Source: Octopus sinensis
Taxonomy: Eukaryota
Assembly: GCF_006345805.1 (NCBI RefSeq)
Contig: NC_043013.1
Location: forward strand, 32,674,001-32,738,000
Length of the DNA: 64,000 nucleotides
Reading direction: 5' to 3'
The translations under genes were made by a program, and so were the position numbers. Shown piece by piece: positions 33,789 to 48,982 of this stretch (the stretch's first letter is position 1; the number at the start of each line of letters is the position of its first letter). The notes below the pieces were generated by a model. The model made no database searches. It was not told where the DNA came from and saw only the letters and a program-made list of their open reading frames with translations.

Positions 33789-34020
33789 TTCTAATAACAA
33801 TTAACAATAAGGCGGCGAGCTGCTAGAATCGTTAGCACGTTGGTCAAAATGCTTTACTGCATTTCGTCCGTTTTTACGCTAGGAGTTCAAATTCCGTCGC
33901 GGTCGACTTTGCTTTTTGTCCATTTGATAATATAAGTACTTTTCAAGTACTGGGAATCGGTGTAATTGAGTAGCCCCTCTCTTCAAAATTGCTAGGTCTC
34001 GTACCAAAATTAGAAAGAAT
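33789..34020 (+). mobile_element. SINE family B variant
   Basis: AAGGCGGCGAGCTG head, GAGTTCAAATTCCG, alternative tail. Confidence 0.75.
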
Positions 34021-34284
34021 TACAATTGACAATAGCGACTTAGCCAAATAAGAAAATCATTAATGCATATTCTGTCGTGTCTGGGGAGTCATTCTCTTTT
34101 AGTGTTTTATGATTTAACACACACACCGATTAAATTTCCACTCATTTAATTATTTATTTTTCTAAAATTTTCATTGTGTGTTGCAACCTTTTCAATGGTT
34201 GTTGACTCTGTCCGTTATCGGAACTGCGTTCTTTTTTGTTTGTTTTTGCGCACGTGTGTGTGGGTCAGTGTGTGTGCGCATACA

Positions 34285-34635
34285 CATGTATGTATGCATG
34301 TATGTATGTATGTATGTATGTATGTATGTATGTATGTATGTATGTATGTATGTATGTATGTATGTATGTATGTGTGTGTATGTATGTATGTATGTATGTA
34401 TGTATGTATGTATGTATGTATGTATGTGTGTGTATGTATGTATGTATGTATGTATGTATGTATGTATGTATGTATGTATGTATGCATGTGTGTATGCATG
34501 TATGTATGTAGTATGTGTGTATGCATGTATGTATGTATGCATGCATGCATGTATGTATGTATGTATGTATGTATGTATGTATGTATGTATGCATGTATGT
34601 ATGCATGCATGTATGTATGCATGTATGTATGTATG

Positions 34636-34669
<34 letters not shown>

Positions 34670-35050
34670 TGTATGTATGTATGTATGTGTGCATGCATGT
34701 ATGTATGTATGTATGTATGTATGTATGTATGTATGTATGTATGTATGTATGTATGTATGTATGTATGTGTGTGTGCATGCATGCATGTATGTGTGTATGT
34801 ATGTATGTATGCATGTATGCATGTATGTATGTATGTATGTATGTATGTATGTATGTATGTATGTATGTATGTATGTATTTATGTATGTATGTGTGTGTGT
34901 ATGCATGTATGTATGCGTGTATGTGTGTATGTATGTATGTATGTATGTGTGCATGCATGTATGATGTATGTATGTATGTATGTATGTATGTATGTATGTA
35001 TGTATGTATGTATGTATGTGTGTGTGTATGTATGTATGTATGCAGGCATG
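34285..35050 (+). repeat. About 770-bp (TATG)n microsatellite with CATG/TGTG variants
   Basis: Directly visible; source of the spurious YVCM/HTYI ORFs. Confidence 0.97.
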
Positions 35051-35789
35051 TACTTAAATGTATATGCATGTATGTATGTATGTGTGTGTGCGTATGTATA
35101 TATGTATGTGTGTACGTTTGTATGTATGTATTCTGCATATTCCTGTTTTTGTGTGCTTGTGTGTTTTTATGTGTGTGTGTGTACCTCTGTCTCCTTGTGT
35201 GTGCATGCCTGAGTGTGTCTGTGTGTGTGTATGCGATTTTGTGATTATGTCCTCTGTCTGTATGTATGGATGTGTGTGTGTATACGTTCATGTGTTTCAG
35301 TCTTCATTTGCGTATGTGTGTGTGTGCTTGTCTGTTCATATTACTTATGTACGTGTTCGTTGGTATGTCTATTTGTTTACTTTTATATTCACAAGGGAGA
35401 TAACTTTGAGAAATATTTTTAAAGAGTTATGTAACTTTAGTTGAGATCTCTATCGGGTGAGAATTAGCGAAAAACATAAAGTAACAGTGATCATAGGAAA
35501 AAAAATGTGCTATTTACTTCCAGGTCATCATGCATATCTTTGATCGAAGACATTCCAGATTTCACCATCACGTATTTTACATATGTGCAGTAACCCAGGA
35601 CAACATAATCCAATAAGATCTTTCCCAAGACAATGGAGGAGTGATTTGAGGGGTATTTGGCTGCTATTTTTACTAGTTATAGTTACCAAGTAGAGGCAGT
35701 CACACTTGGCTGTTTAGCCCCAGGTTGTCCCTGATTCAGAAAGACCTATTATTAATGACATTCCACCTTTGCTGTCCTAACTTTTAATT

Positions 35790-36362
35790 GTCAGATATTT
35801 GCTTCCAAACCACATGGTTCCGGGTTCGGTTCCACTATAGCCCCGATCAACCAAAGCTCTTGAGTGGATTTAGCAGACGGAAACTGAATGAAGCCCGTCA
35901 TAAATATATATATATATATATAATATATATATATATTATATATATATATATCTTTCTCTTTTTCTCTTTTTACTCGTTTCAGTCATTGACTGCGGCCATG
36001 CTGGAGCACACCGCCTTTATCGAGCACTCGACCCCCGGACTTATTCTTTGTAAGCCCAGTACTTATTCTATCGGTCTCTTTTATGCCGAACCGCTAAGTG
36101 ACAGGGACTAAACACACCAGATCGGTGTGTTCAAAGCGATGCTAGGGGACAAACACAGACACACAAACACACACACAATATATATATATAAATATAACGA
36201 CAGGCTTCTTTCAGTTTCCGTCTACCAAATCCACTCACAAGGCATTGGTCGCCCGGGGCTATAGCAGAAGACACTTGCCCAAGATGCCACGCAGTGGGGA
36301 CTGAACCCCGGAACCATGTGGTTGGTTAGCAAGCTTCTTACCACACAGCCACATCTGCGCCT
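35790..36362. mobile_element. SINE family A 5' half (+, about 35790-35900) facing a full copy (-, about 35965-36362)
   Basis: Family A motifs in opposite orientations. Confidence 0.8.
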
Positions 36363-36399
<37 letters not shown>

Positions 36400-37150
36400 T
36401 ATATATATATATTATATTAATATATATATATATATATTATATATATATACTATATATATATATATCTATAATATATGATATATATATATATATATATATA
36501 TATCTATATTTACGACGCACACACATGCGCACAGACAAACAACAAACGAACTCAATGAAAATTTTAGAAAAAAAAAAAAAGTAAATGAGTGGAAACTGAA
36601 CCGGTGAGTGTGTTAGATAATAAGGCACTAAAAGAGAATGACTCTCCTCAGACAAAATAAGATATGCTTCAACACACGAATTCACATAAAGAATCTTGAA
36701 AATCAAATACAAAAACGAAAGGGAAAGTCGGCATCGGCGGAATTTATCCCTGCATATATGTCTCCTATCTTAATGTCAGCGATGCCTAGCCAAGAGAAAG
36801 ACAGCTGACTTGGACCGATTGAGCTTGGCCCCTGTGTTATCACAAGCATTGCTCTGGGAATCAGAAAAGCAGAAGATGTGTTCTCCGTCGTTTTCGATGA
36901 TGAATATTCAGCCGTTCGATCAACTGAGTTACCTGTTTAGTAAATCAAACAGTTTTAGTGCCTGAGACTTCCGCAGACACAATGCACTTAATGTAATTCT
37001 CAACGTGTTACAAGGCTGAACTTTTGAATTACAGGTACACAGTTTCCGTTTACCTAGTTATACTCAGCTTGTGGTTATGGTGAAAGAAACTATGCGCTGG
37101 TATTGAACTTGGGACCTTGTGATTGCAAAATGCATCAACGCATATAAAGA

Positions 37151-37231
<81 letters not shown>

Positions 37232-37234
<3 letters not shown>

Positions 37235-37902
37235 AATGACCATGGGATTGCACAAAGAAAATGGCGTAAGTCTGGGCAAGGTTGTTTATGGAAGACCAGC
37301 AGTTGCCCATGTATACCAGCCTCCCCTCTCCACGCCACTGATGTTATCCAAGGCAAAGGCCGACACAGCTGGGCACCAGTGATGAGGCAACTCATTTCTA
37401 CAGCTGGGTGAACTGGAGCGAAGTGAAATAAAGTGTCTTGCTCAAGAACTCAAAATACAGCCTAGTCCGGGAACTGAACTCACTCACTCACGATTGTGAG
37501 CCGACAAGCTAATAACTGAGCCATGCGCCTTCACACACGTACACACACAAATTAAAGAAGCCCATCGTAATATATATATATATATATATATAGATATATA
37601 TATATATATATATAATATATATATATATATATTATGTGTGTGTGTGTGTGTGTTTCTATGTTTTGTGCGTCTCTGTTTGTACCCCCGCCAACATCGCTTG
37701 ACAACCAATGCTGGTGCTCTTGCGTCCTCGTAACTTAGCGGTTCAGCAAAAGAAACCGATAAAATAAGTACTAGGCTTACAAAGAATAAGTCCTGGGGTC
37801 TATTTGTGCAATTAAAAGCGGTGCTCCAGCATGGTCGCAGTCAAGTGACTGAGACAAGTAAAAGAATACATACATACATACATGCATACACACACACACA
37901 CA

Positions 37903-37933
<31 letters not shown>

Positions 37934-37938
37934 CACAC

Positions 37939-37970
<32 letters not shown>

Positions 37971-38200
37971 CATACATATATAATACGGTGAAGGCGTGTA
38001 GCTTAGTGTACTGGACTCAAGATCGTAAGATTGTGGTTTCGATTCCTGAACTGGGTGGGGCATTGTGTTCTTGAGCAAAACAACTCATTTCACGTGGCTC
38101 CGGTTCACTCAGCTGGCCAAAGTGAGTAACCTGCGGAAGACTAGCATCTCGTCCAAGGGGTAACAGATTCATCGTAGAATCGGTAAACCAGCCCCACAAG
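37232..38200. mobile_element. SINE cluster: family C (-, 37232-37532), family A 3' half (+, 37630-37865), CORE-type tRNA SINE (+, 37990-38200)
   Basis: Family motifs and A/B boxes. Confidence 0.75.
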
Positions 38201-38226
38201 TCTCTGTGACTCAGGGAGCATCTTAT

Positions 38227-38315
<89 letters not shown>

Positions 38316-38332
38316 ATATATATCTATATATC

Positions 38333-38374
<42 letters not shown>

Positions 38375-38386
38375 TATTATATATAT

Positions 38387-38490
38387 AGGGTGAGAGAATT
38401 AGATACAATTATAGTATATTTATTCACACCAAGTGGATTAACTTCTAAGTGCAATATAGTGACCACTCTCTTATATTTTTTTATATATAT
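38387..38490. mobile_element. Deletion derivative of the 26363 MITE family
   Basis: AGGGTGAGAGAATTAGATAC...CACCAAGTGG joined to ATTAACT...ATATAGTGACCACTCTCTTATATTT. Confidence 0.65.
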
Positions 38491-39192
38491 TATACATCGC
38501 TATCAGCTTCTTACCACACAACCATGCTATTCGATGGCGCTTGGTCGAATGCATATTTTAATTATCAGCACTCTCAAATTTATAATTGAAATACTATACT
38601 GAAAACGGAAATAAATGAGTGAAAATAAAATTTTACATCTCTTTAATTCAGAAACGCGTATATAATTGATCAAAGCCGGGTGGCTTCGTTATTTTTATCT
38701 CTTCACCTGCGTGAGTTGGTACTATTGCTGTCTGGGAGATATCTTATGGTAGTGGAATTGTATTTAACTGCTATTTCTAAATTTCGGTATGTGGTGAAGC
38801 AATTTTGCTGAACCCTAATTATAATCATGCTTATAATTATAGAAGCTTTGTGTGTGTGTATATATATATATAGGCATATATACATACATATATGTACATA
38901 TATGTACATAATGACATATATATGTATATAGAGCACATATGGGTACGGGACGTCACAAAACGTAAACAACAGGAAATACCAAGACAAACTTTTTGCGAAC
39001 AACGAGAGAAACAAAAGGAAAACAAGACAAGTAACATAAAGAACGACCCTTCATCAGTTGCCGGCTGTTTATCTACTCCACGTACACATCCATTTCCAAG
39101 TAAGTAAGTATGTACGTATATATATATATATATATATATAATAGTCTTTATATATTATATATATACATATTATATATTATATGCATACATAT

Positions 39193-39233
<41 letters not shown>

Positions 39234-40105
39234 TATATATACATATGTCTATATACATATGTATAATACATATGTATTGTATGTATATATATATTAATAT
39301 ATAATATATTATATATATATATATTATATATAAATATCAACAGAAAGCAAAAAATGGACAAGAAGTACAGCGAACAAAATCCGGATAGTTAGACGATACA
39401 AAAAAGAACAGGAAAAAAAAAACAAAAACAAGGCCGAGTCATTCGGAGCTTCCTATCCTCAGTCGAGTACCAGATTATCTTTGCAGTTCCGGCTGGTTAC
39501 ACTCGCGACTGCTCCAATCTAGCAGTCCCCTAGAAAATCTAAGCTAAGAACACTAGATTCCTTGGAAGAAAGCAAACGAATTTATACGAAAACAAGGACG
39601 TAAAGACGGAGAAATGGTACACAATTGCAAATACAAACAACAGGACATTAACAACAGGTGTCTTTCTACTAAGTACGAATTAAATTAAGCTGGCGTGTGT
39701 GGAAGTGAAGCCTTACGGCAGGGATATAAGAGATGAAAATCATGGGAAGGAATATAAGAGATGCTACACAAATGGAAGTCGAATCAAGAAAGAAAGGTCA
39801 GGCTTGGCGGAAAACCAGTCACGTGAAGGAAAGAAGAGAAGTAGGGACAGAGGGACTGAAGAATTAGGGAGGGACGAGAAAGAGAAAAAGAAAGGAATGA
39901 GGGACAGAGTGAGTAAAAGAAGAGGGAAAGTGAGAATGAAGGGAATGTCAAGAAATGTGAGAGAAGGGGAGCGAGAAAATGAAAAGTGAAAATAACGAAG
40001 AAGTGTGAAGGGGGCTAAAAGAAAGAGTAAGAGAGTCGTACAGAATTTAGATATATATATATGTACTTACATAGAGGAGACCAAAAGTGTACGTACGCCG
40101 CTATA

Positions 40106-40503
40106 TCTTTATATATAAAAGTAAGGTTGTGTGCTGTCTGTCTACTCCGATTTAGATTCCTAACTACTCCCACATTTTGCGGTGCAGTTTAACCAAAACC
40201 GGGTATCTTATAGTCGTGATTCATATCGAGCCCTTCTGGGTATTAGCGCGCGTCTACAATGAGTCTACGATTAAAAAAAAAATTACCATCAATTTTTCCC
40301 ATTTTTAATCCATTTTTGGCATATATAAGGAAAGTAACTCTCTAAAAATTTATTATTAAATCTCAGAACGTAAAAAGCTACAGTAACACCCCCCATCCTT
40401 TGTGGTTAGCCATATTGAGATGGCTATTATACTTTACATATCTAAAAATGCTTATATAGTTATTTCCCTTACAAACCCGAGCAACGCCGGGCGATACTGA
40501 TAG
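40106..40503 (+). mobile_element. Non-autonomous Helitron, family H1
   Basis: A|TCTTTATATATAAAA 5' end; CCCGAGCAACGCCGGGCGATACTGATAG|T 3' end. Confidence 0.85.
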
Positions 40504-40555
40504 TGTACAAGAAAACAATATATATATATATATATGGCTGTGTGGTAAGAATATG

Positions 40556-41070
40556 GTACAGGAGTGGCTGTGTGATAAGAAGCTTGCTTACCAACCATAT
40601 GGTTCTGGGTTCAGTCTCACTGCATGGCATCTTGGGCAAATGTCTTCTACTATAGCCTCGGGCCGACCAAAGCCTTGTGAGTGAATTTGGTAGATAGAAA
40701 CTGAAAGAAGCCTGGTTGTTATATATAATATTATATATATATATATATACTATATACATAAATACCTATATAGATATAATATACATACATACATACATAC
40801 ATTATATATATTATATATATATTATATATATATAATATATATATATAATATATATATATAATAATATATGTTTGTGTGTCCGTGTTTTCCCCTCCACCAT
40901 GGCTTGACAACCGATGTTGGGGTGTTTACGGCCCCGTAATCTAGCGGTTCGGCAAAATAGATCGATAGAATAAATACTGGCCTACAAAGAGTAAGTCCTG
41001 GGGGCGATTTGTTCGACCAAAGGCGGTGCTCCAGCATGGCCGCAGTCAACTAACGGAAATAAGTAAAAGA
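40556..41070 (+). mobile_element. SINE family A with an expanded internal TA tract
   Basis: Head AGGAGTGGCTGTGTG, tail GGCGGTGCTCCAGCATGGCCGCAGTC. Confidence 0.85.
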
Positions 41071-41224
41071 GTGATATATATAATATATATATATATATAT
41101 AATATATATATATGTATATATATAATATTATGTGTGTGTATGTGTGTGTGTGTGTGTGAGTGTGTGTGTGAAATTCTTTTTAGGAATTGGTTCTCGAAGT
41201 TCATATAAAACTATAAAAAACTTT

Positions 41225-41412
41225 TCTACAATAGGCACAAGGCCTGAAATTTTCGTGGATGGGGTTAGTCGATTACATCGAACCCAACACTTGACCGTTA
41301 CTTATTTTATCGACGAATTCAACTTTGGTAGTATTTGAATTTCGAAAGTTAAGTACGGACGATATGCTGCTAAGATTTTGACCGGTGTCCTAACGGTTCT
41401 GCCAGTTAGCTA
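41225..41412 (-). mobile_element. Diverged SINE family B variant
   Basis: TTCTACAATAGGCACAAGGCC tail; CTAACGGTTCTGCCAG head (reverse). Confidence 0.65.
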
Positions 41413-41817
41413 CCTCATATCAAGCTGTAAATAATAGTAAGGAAACACTGGGTAGAAAACGCTCTTTTAGTTAAGTGGCCCGTGGGTTTATAGAAGAAGG
41501 CTTCTCAGCTTAATATTTATAGCTTTATTTGCTTCTAGACCCACTGTTCCAAAATAGAATTATTCCATGTTCTCTCGGAAGTTTATGAATTCTCATGACA
41601 TCAACAAGACAGACACACGCATACATTATATATCTATATCCATATATGTATATATATGTATATATATATAGACATAGATATGTATAGTATATATATATAT
41701 GCATATGAACGTACACGAGACGCGCATACACACTCACACATACACACACATGCATATATGCATATATATATGTATATACGTATATACATTTATATACATA
41801 TATATATATGTATACAC

Positions 41818-41851
<34 letters not shown>

Positions 41852-42195
41852 GTGTATATGTATGCATTTATATATTGTTCATATACACATGCATATGCAT
41901 ATATGTATGTATGTATATATGTACATATGCATTTATACACGTACATATGTATATACATACTTACACGCATACACACACATATATAGATACATATAAATAC
42001 ATAGATAGATATATACATACATGCTTACATACATTAATACAGACACACAGACATATACAGAAGCGTACATACAGGTTGTGTAAGGTCATTACGTAACGTT
42101 ACGATATATCAATTCTCTTCTGGAATGATTCATCAATTTTCTGAAATGTCTGTCGCAATGAAGTATTGGTGAAACCTTAAGGGAGAAATGGGAAG

Positions 42196-42295
42196 GAACA
42201 ACAACAACAACAACAACATCATCATCATCAACAACAACAACAATAACAACAACAACAACAACAACAACAACATCATCATCATCAACAACAGCATC

Positions 42296-42344
<49 letters not shown>

Positions 42345-42521
42345 TCAACAACACCACCAACATCATCATCATCAACAAAAAATAACAACGACAACAACTG
42401 CAGTAGCGGCATCAGCAACGTCATCATCATCATCATCGTCATCGTCATCATCGTCATCATCATCATTACCACTACCACCACCACCACCATCACCGTCATC
42501 ATCGTCATCATCGTCATCATT

Positions 42522-42552
<31 letters not shown>

Positions 42553-42807
42553 ACAACAACAACAACAACAACAGCAGCAGCAGCAGCAACAAGAACATCA
42601 TCATCATCATCATCATCATCATCAACATCATCATCATCATCATCAACGGCATCTACAAGAACAACAACGACAATATCAACAGCAAAATTGGTCTCATATG
42701 CCTGCCTTTTACAATGTCGTAAAAGCAACCTTAAAATACAACAACAAAAACAAAAGCAGTAGATGTTACTGTCACTACTACTGCTACTACTAATAAAACT
42801 GCTGCTG

Positions 42808-42847
<40 letters not shown>

Positions 42848-43100
42848 CCACCACCTCAATAACACGGCAAACAATTGCAACAATCCTGCTCTTCCTCCTG
42901 CTCCTCCTCCTCCTCATCATTATCTTCCCTCACCCCTCATCATCATCATTATCATCATCAGTGTATCCGTCGTGGTCGTCGACGTCGTGGTCGTCGACGT
43001 CGTGGTCGTCGACGTCGTGGTCGTCCATCGTCGTCTTCGCCACAGTCGACGAAACATCAACAGAGAAAACTGTAACAGCAACAACAACAACAACAACGAT
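42196..43100 (+). repeat. Mosaic trinucleotide repeat field (AAC, ATC, ACC, AGC, ACT, CTC) with a 15-bp GTCGTGGTCGTCGAC tandem at about 42969-43025
   Basis: Directly visible. Confidence 0.95.
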
Positions 43101-43395
43101 AGTACGTAAGCAATTGAACAAAAAATGAAAAAAAACAAACAAACAAACAAACAAAGAAAACCCAGAAGATAAGATATAAAACAAAACCAAAAAATAAAAG
43201 AATAAAAGCCGAGAGAATGCAAATGAAGAAACATGTATGGCGGCCGCAACAGCAGCTGCAATGAATGATGGGATGTTTCGCTTGAGTGAATCATCTCCCA
43301 GTGAATAAGTAGAATAATATCAGGTAGCTTGATTTACAAGAGATCAGTCCTACAGTCACCCTCACCTTACGTACGCACACATGGACATAAATACA

Positions 43396-43477
<82 letters not shown>

Positions 43478-43507
43478 CCCCTCTCTCTCTCAGCCCCTCT
43501 CTCTCTG

Positions 43508-43560
<53 letters not shown>

Positions 43561-43716
43561 GGCAAGCGTATATATTCATATAGTTGTATATATATATATA
43601 TATATATGCATAAATTTACCTAAGTATATTTATAAGTGTGTGTGCATGTATGTATATATATATATATGTGTGTGTGTGTATGTATGTATGTGTGTGTGTT
43701 TGTGTATGTGTGTATG

Positions 43717-43750
<34 letters not shown>

Positions 43751-43934
43751 CGTGTGTATGTATGTGTGTGTGTTAGTGTATGTGTGTATGAATATAGAGA
43801 TACGTATATGTATTTCTTTTTTTATAAGTATGTGTTTATATATGCATAAGTACGTACATACGTATATATAAAAATATATTTATCTATCTATTACTACCTA
43901 CTCACACGCACACATTATATGAAAATACTTGTAC

Positions 43935-43965
<31 letters not shown>

Positions 43966-44056
43966 ATATATATATAATATATATATATATATATAATATA
44001 TATATATATATGTATATATATACACACATATATATACATATATATATATATATATA

Positions 44057-44092
<36 letters not shown>

Positions 44093-44661
44093 ATACATAT
44101 ATATATATATATACATACATATATATATATATATATATATCTATATATATATATATATAATATATATACATATATACGTATATCCAAAGACCAACATGAG
44201 AATCATTTGTCTGTTGTTGTTACTGTCCTCAATAGATTTGCCATTGTTATTGTTATTGTTGTTGTTATTGTTGTTAATGATATTGGAGATATTGCGGACT
44301 TGCTGTCAACATTAGGGACATCGGTCAACACAGACGCCCCCCCCCACAAAAAAAACAAAAACAGAGCAAAACAAAAAACAAAACAAAAACAAAAAGGCAC
44401 CCCACCCCCCAGAACTTTCCTCATATATTCCTTCATAATTTCTCCCCCCTTTTTCTTTGTTTTTTTTTTTAATGTTTTTTTTCTTGATCTGCATCTTCGT
44501 TTATTTTACTTTCCTTTTTGCATTCTGTTATTCTGTTATTCTGTTATTTCGAGAAGAAAAACGAAAGAGATAAATTGGACTTACATCTGAATAGCTTCTC
44601 CAATCTTTTGTATTTGCTTGCTTCTCGCTGTCACATTTGTTATCGGTGTTTTTGATGTATT

Positions 44662-44693
<32 letters not shown>

Positions 44694-44988
44694 GGTGTAT
44701 CATTGAAATATCATTGGAATATCATTACAATATCATTGTAATATAATTGGAATATCATTGAATATCGTGTTACTTTCATTGAAGTTAAAATAGCTTTTCC
44801 TATCTCAATTTTAGACTCGACTGAGATATCATTGTTATAAGTCAGATTAGATTTACTTTCGATATTAAAATCTTATAGAAAATATTCATCTGTCTAACAT
44901 GACTTTATATTTTCAATATACACATTCGCAGCCTTAACATGTTCTGCTGGTAGCACCAACAAGTCTTATATGCATATGTATATGTTTG

Positions 44989-45075
<87 letters not shown>

Positions 45076-45444
45076 AAAATTGGAATTTATGGTATTACTT
45101 TAATTCCATAGCTACACATGTTTCTTTACAACGTGGGAAATACATTTTATCAATACAGATATTAATATTAATACTGATATAGATATAACGAATTCATAGT
45201 ATATATATGTATATGTATGCGTGTGTGTATGTGTGCGTGCGTGCGTGCGTGTGTATATATAATCAAATGAATAACATACGATGGGTAATTGTCAGCTCTT
45301 TACAGCTGTTTCTTTTAATAGTAGAATGAAAACATTACATCATTATAAAAGACCGTAACCATCAGATGAGAAGCTCCCGAGGTAATTTGATGATGTTCGT
45401 CGAGGTAACGATCCTGCCGGCTCACCGTCATCAGAATGTTTAAT

Positions 45445-46432
45445 AATCGTTTCTACTAAAGGACCAATGCCTGAAATTTGTGGGGAGAGGATGTCAACAA
45501 CATCGACCCCAGTATTTCACTGGTACTTAATTCACCCCGAAAGGATGAAAGACAAAATCGACCCCGGCAGAATTTGAACTCAGAACGTCGCGACGGACGA
45601 AATGCTGCTAAGCATTTTGCTCGGCGTGCTAACGATTCTGCCAGCTCACCGCCTTACGTTTTTGCCAGATGAGTGGACTTGAGCAACGTGAAAGGAAGTG
45701 TTTTGCTCAAGAACACAATGCATTACCCGGTCCAGGAATCGAAACCGCAATCATACAATCATGAGTCCAACACCCTAACCACTAAGTCACACGTCTCCAT
45801 GGAGTGTTTAATAATAAATCGCGTACATCGTCTCTGAACTGTTGACTAAATATTCTTGACTGGAATTTTTGGGGAGGGTCCCAGTCGATTAGATCGACCC
45901 CAGTACACACCTGGTATTTAATTTACCGACCTCGAAAAGATGAAATGCAAAGTCAACCTCGGTAGAATTTGAACACACAACGTAAAGCATTTCGCCCGGT
46001 GTGCTAACGTTTCTTATTTGTTTATTGCCCACAAGGGGCTAAACAGAGAGGGGGCAAACAAGGACAGACAAAGGGATTAAGTCGATTAGATCGACCCAAG
46101 TGCGTAACTAGTACTTAATTTATAGACCCCGAAAGGATGAAAGGCAAAGTCGACCTCGGCGGAATTTGAACTCAGAACGTAGCGGCAGACGAAATACCTA
46201 TTTCTTTACTACCCACAAGGGGCTAAACACAGAGGGGACAAACAAGGGCAGACAAACGGATTAAGCCGATTAGATCAACCCCAGTGCGTAACTGGTATTT
46301 AATTTATCGATCCCGATAGGATGAAAGGTAAAGTCGACCTCGGCGGAATTTGAACTCAGAACGTAGCGGCAGACGAAATACGGCTACGCATTTCGCCCGG
46401 CGTGCTAACGTTTCTGCCAACTCGCCGCCTTC
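45445..46432 (-). mobile_element. SINE cluster: family B (45445-45657), CORE-type head (45665-45800), family B multimer (45865-46432)
   Basis: Family motifs; multimer junctions at about 46005-46025 and 46191-46210. Confidence 0.8.
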
Positions 46433-46899
46433 TGCTAACGAAATATTATGTGTATTAGATATATCGTATATGATTTCCATGGGACGTAGCATAATCGAAT
46501 GATTATGTTATTTGGCGAAATACCCTTGCATCGAGTAATCCCATACCTTGTGAGTGAAATTTCGTAGGCGGAAACTGAGCGAAATCCCGTCGCATCTATT
46601 TGCATCTGTAATCCAAATGAACAACCTTGTCACACGCTGTGTTACGCTGATTCTGCTTGAGAATTACGCTAAGGGTACACGCATGGCTGTGGAGTGTTCT
46701 GCAATTTACACGTTAATTCATTGAGCAGCGTAATTCAGTTGATGAAATAAACCAAATTCCTTCATCGCCGAAACCCACGGAGGACCATACATTCTCCTGA
46801 TTTACGAGCAAACATATATTCAAAGCCACACAGTCTTAACTTTGACTCGCTCTCATCTCATCTCCACGTGTACATAATTCGCCATGAGTAGAAATATAT

Positions 46900-47420
46900 T
46901 TAAGCACACCATTCCTAAAAGTCAACTGATTCCGAGAGAGTCCCTACTGCGCATCATTAACAGTGTGTACCCGAATCGCCAGTATTCTTCTCTATGAGTG
47001 TATATATATCTGGTGAAAACACTTTACAAAAGTTTTATTCCTCTAAAGAGGAATATTTCTGACTCTGACAACTATCAACTTACCATCACTTTTTTTCCTA
47101 CCATTTCAAAAGTGATAGATGGAAAAAAAAAAGACACCTGTCGTCTTTATCACCTGAATTTCTTTCTCTCCCCATCTGATCAGCAGGACTACTTCCGCAC
47201 AGCCATATTTGAGAGAGAAATTCTTTTCTTCATCATGAACAATATTAGTTTCCTCCGGTTTAGAGCTTCAGCAAAATCGATGTTTTGCCATTGACACCCG
47301 CAAAGCCTGTGACTGTATCTAAAGAACGAAAACCTTCTGGCAAAGTTGCCTATCTTCAGGTTTAACAATCTTTCATTGCTTTCATCATAAGTTTCTCATT
47401 CGATTACTCAATCACTATAT
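46900..47420 (+). mobile_element. Decayed CR1/L2-type LINE reverse transcriptase fragment
   Basis: DNYQLTITFFPTISKVI...LSPSDQQDYFR...FAIDTRKACD...LLAKLP resembles NYRPISLLPxxSKV...QYGFR...LDISKAFD...LLxKL. Confidence 0.6.
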
Positions 47421-47512
47421 TTGTCAATGTGTATCTCAGACTCATCTTGTAAGATAAATTCGGTCATTTTTTTTTTCTTTTATTCTATTGTAATCTTATC
47501 GGTTACCTGAAT

Positions 47513-47623
<111 letters not shown>

Positions 47624-47925
47624 CGAGGTTTTCTCGTAGTGCTTATGCTATTCTGTTGCTCTGTTCTTACTCTACAACTTCCGTTTACCATTTTCGAAAT
47701 TAGAAAAAGTTTCCTTTTTTGTAGATATGACGATGGATTAACAAGGTGAAGAAAACGAACGAATTCCTCTGACAACCTAACATAATATATTTTATGCATA
47801 TTCCTATTCATTTATGATCTAACAAATTCTGTCGACCAGGTGTGTAATTATATCACAACTTGATGTGATATTTTGACGAGAATTAGCAACAAAAAATTAT
47901 TTTCTCTGTTTATTTTCTCTTATTC

Positions 47926-47961
47926 CTTTCTGCTGAAGCGCGTAAGCTCGAAACGTAAAAG
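47926..47961 (+). ncRNA. Degenerate minimal hammerhead-like motif (Penelope-type)
   Basis: CTTT-CTGCTGA-A-GCGC GTAA GCTC-GAAA-CG-T-A-AAAG; core A6 is mutated and helix II has one mismatch. Confidence 0.35.
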
Positions 47962-48358
47962 ACTTTTTTTATTTTCCCGAGTGATATATGATTATACTGG
48001 TCATTAGTAGAATAACCTGGGCTGATGTTGTTAAATGACCGACGAATTATCTTCGAAATGAGTTACGAGGACAGAAGCTTGTGGGGACAGTTTATTTCAG
48101 TTAAATAACATGCAGAGAATTTTTCTTCTCTTCTTTTAGTCCCAATCAAGGCTTGAGGCCACTGTAGCGTAATGGACTACAAAGCAGAAGAACAGGTCTA
48201 GAAAAATTAAAAAAAAGTTTATTGAATATAAGAGACCATACGAAAACAAGGCGATGGCTATGAGTCCCAGAGAGAAGCTATTAGAATAAAAACAGAAACG
48301 ACTAACAGGAAAGTCAACAGTGAAACGATGTACCCGGGAAGAGAAGCGGGTGACACGT

Positions 48359-48583
48359 TTAAACCTTTAGCAATCAGGTTTTTTGTAAAATGTATTACTT
48401 ATTTATTTATATTGCTTTGAGTTAATCGTGCATTATCTTGTAGCTTCAAGATTTCGATGTTGTGATTGTATATTTTTAGAACGACATTGTAGGATAGGTG
48501 TGAGAGGTTGGATCGGGTCAGTTTTACCATAAAACACGGACTATTTGGGCCAATTATGGCCGGTTTAAATGATAAAAAGTTAA
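48359..48583. mobile_element. piggyBac-like MITE, degenerate
   Basis: TTAA-ACCTTTAGCA...TGATAAAAAG-TTAA imperfect TIRs flanked by TTAA. Confidence 0.4.
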
Positions 48584-48617
48584 AGGATTTGACTGCACGG
48601 TCACACTGTATACAAGG

Positions 48618-48830
48618 CGAAGAGCTGGCAGAATCGTTAGCGCGACGGACAAAATGTTAAGTGGCATTTCTTCTAACTCTTTACATTCTGAGTTCAAATT
48701 CCGTCGAGGTTGACTTTGCCTTTCATCCCTTCGGGGTCGATAAAATAAATATGAGTCTGGTACTGGGGTCGATTGATAGACGAGACTCCTTCCCTTAAAT
48801 TTTCAGGCCTTTCGTCTATAGTAGAAAAGA
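48618..48830 (+). mobile_element. SINE family B variant
   Basis: Head and body motifs, alternative tail. Confidence 0.75.
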
Positions 48831-48948
48831 TTGTCTATCTGTTTGTCTTTATTTTTTGTATGTGTATGAAACAAAATACACGCATATATATGTATACACG
48901 CAAACACACACGCATATATATACATACATACATACATACATACATACA

Positions 48949-48982
<34 letters not shown>

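Noticed and set aside
34174-35291. 340-358-aa ORFs (YVCM/HTYI repeats), and similar ORFs in TA, CA and trinucleotide tracts throughout
   Set aside because: Translations of microsatellites.
44583-44760. Strong GTAAGT donor with an upstream open frame ([26 protein letters not shown])
   Set aside because: The frame hits a stop just upstream of the AG microsatellite and there is no credible acceptor.
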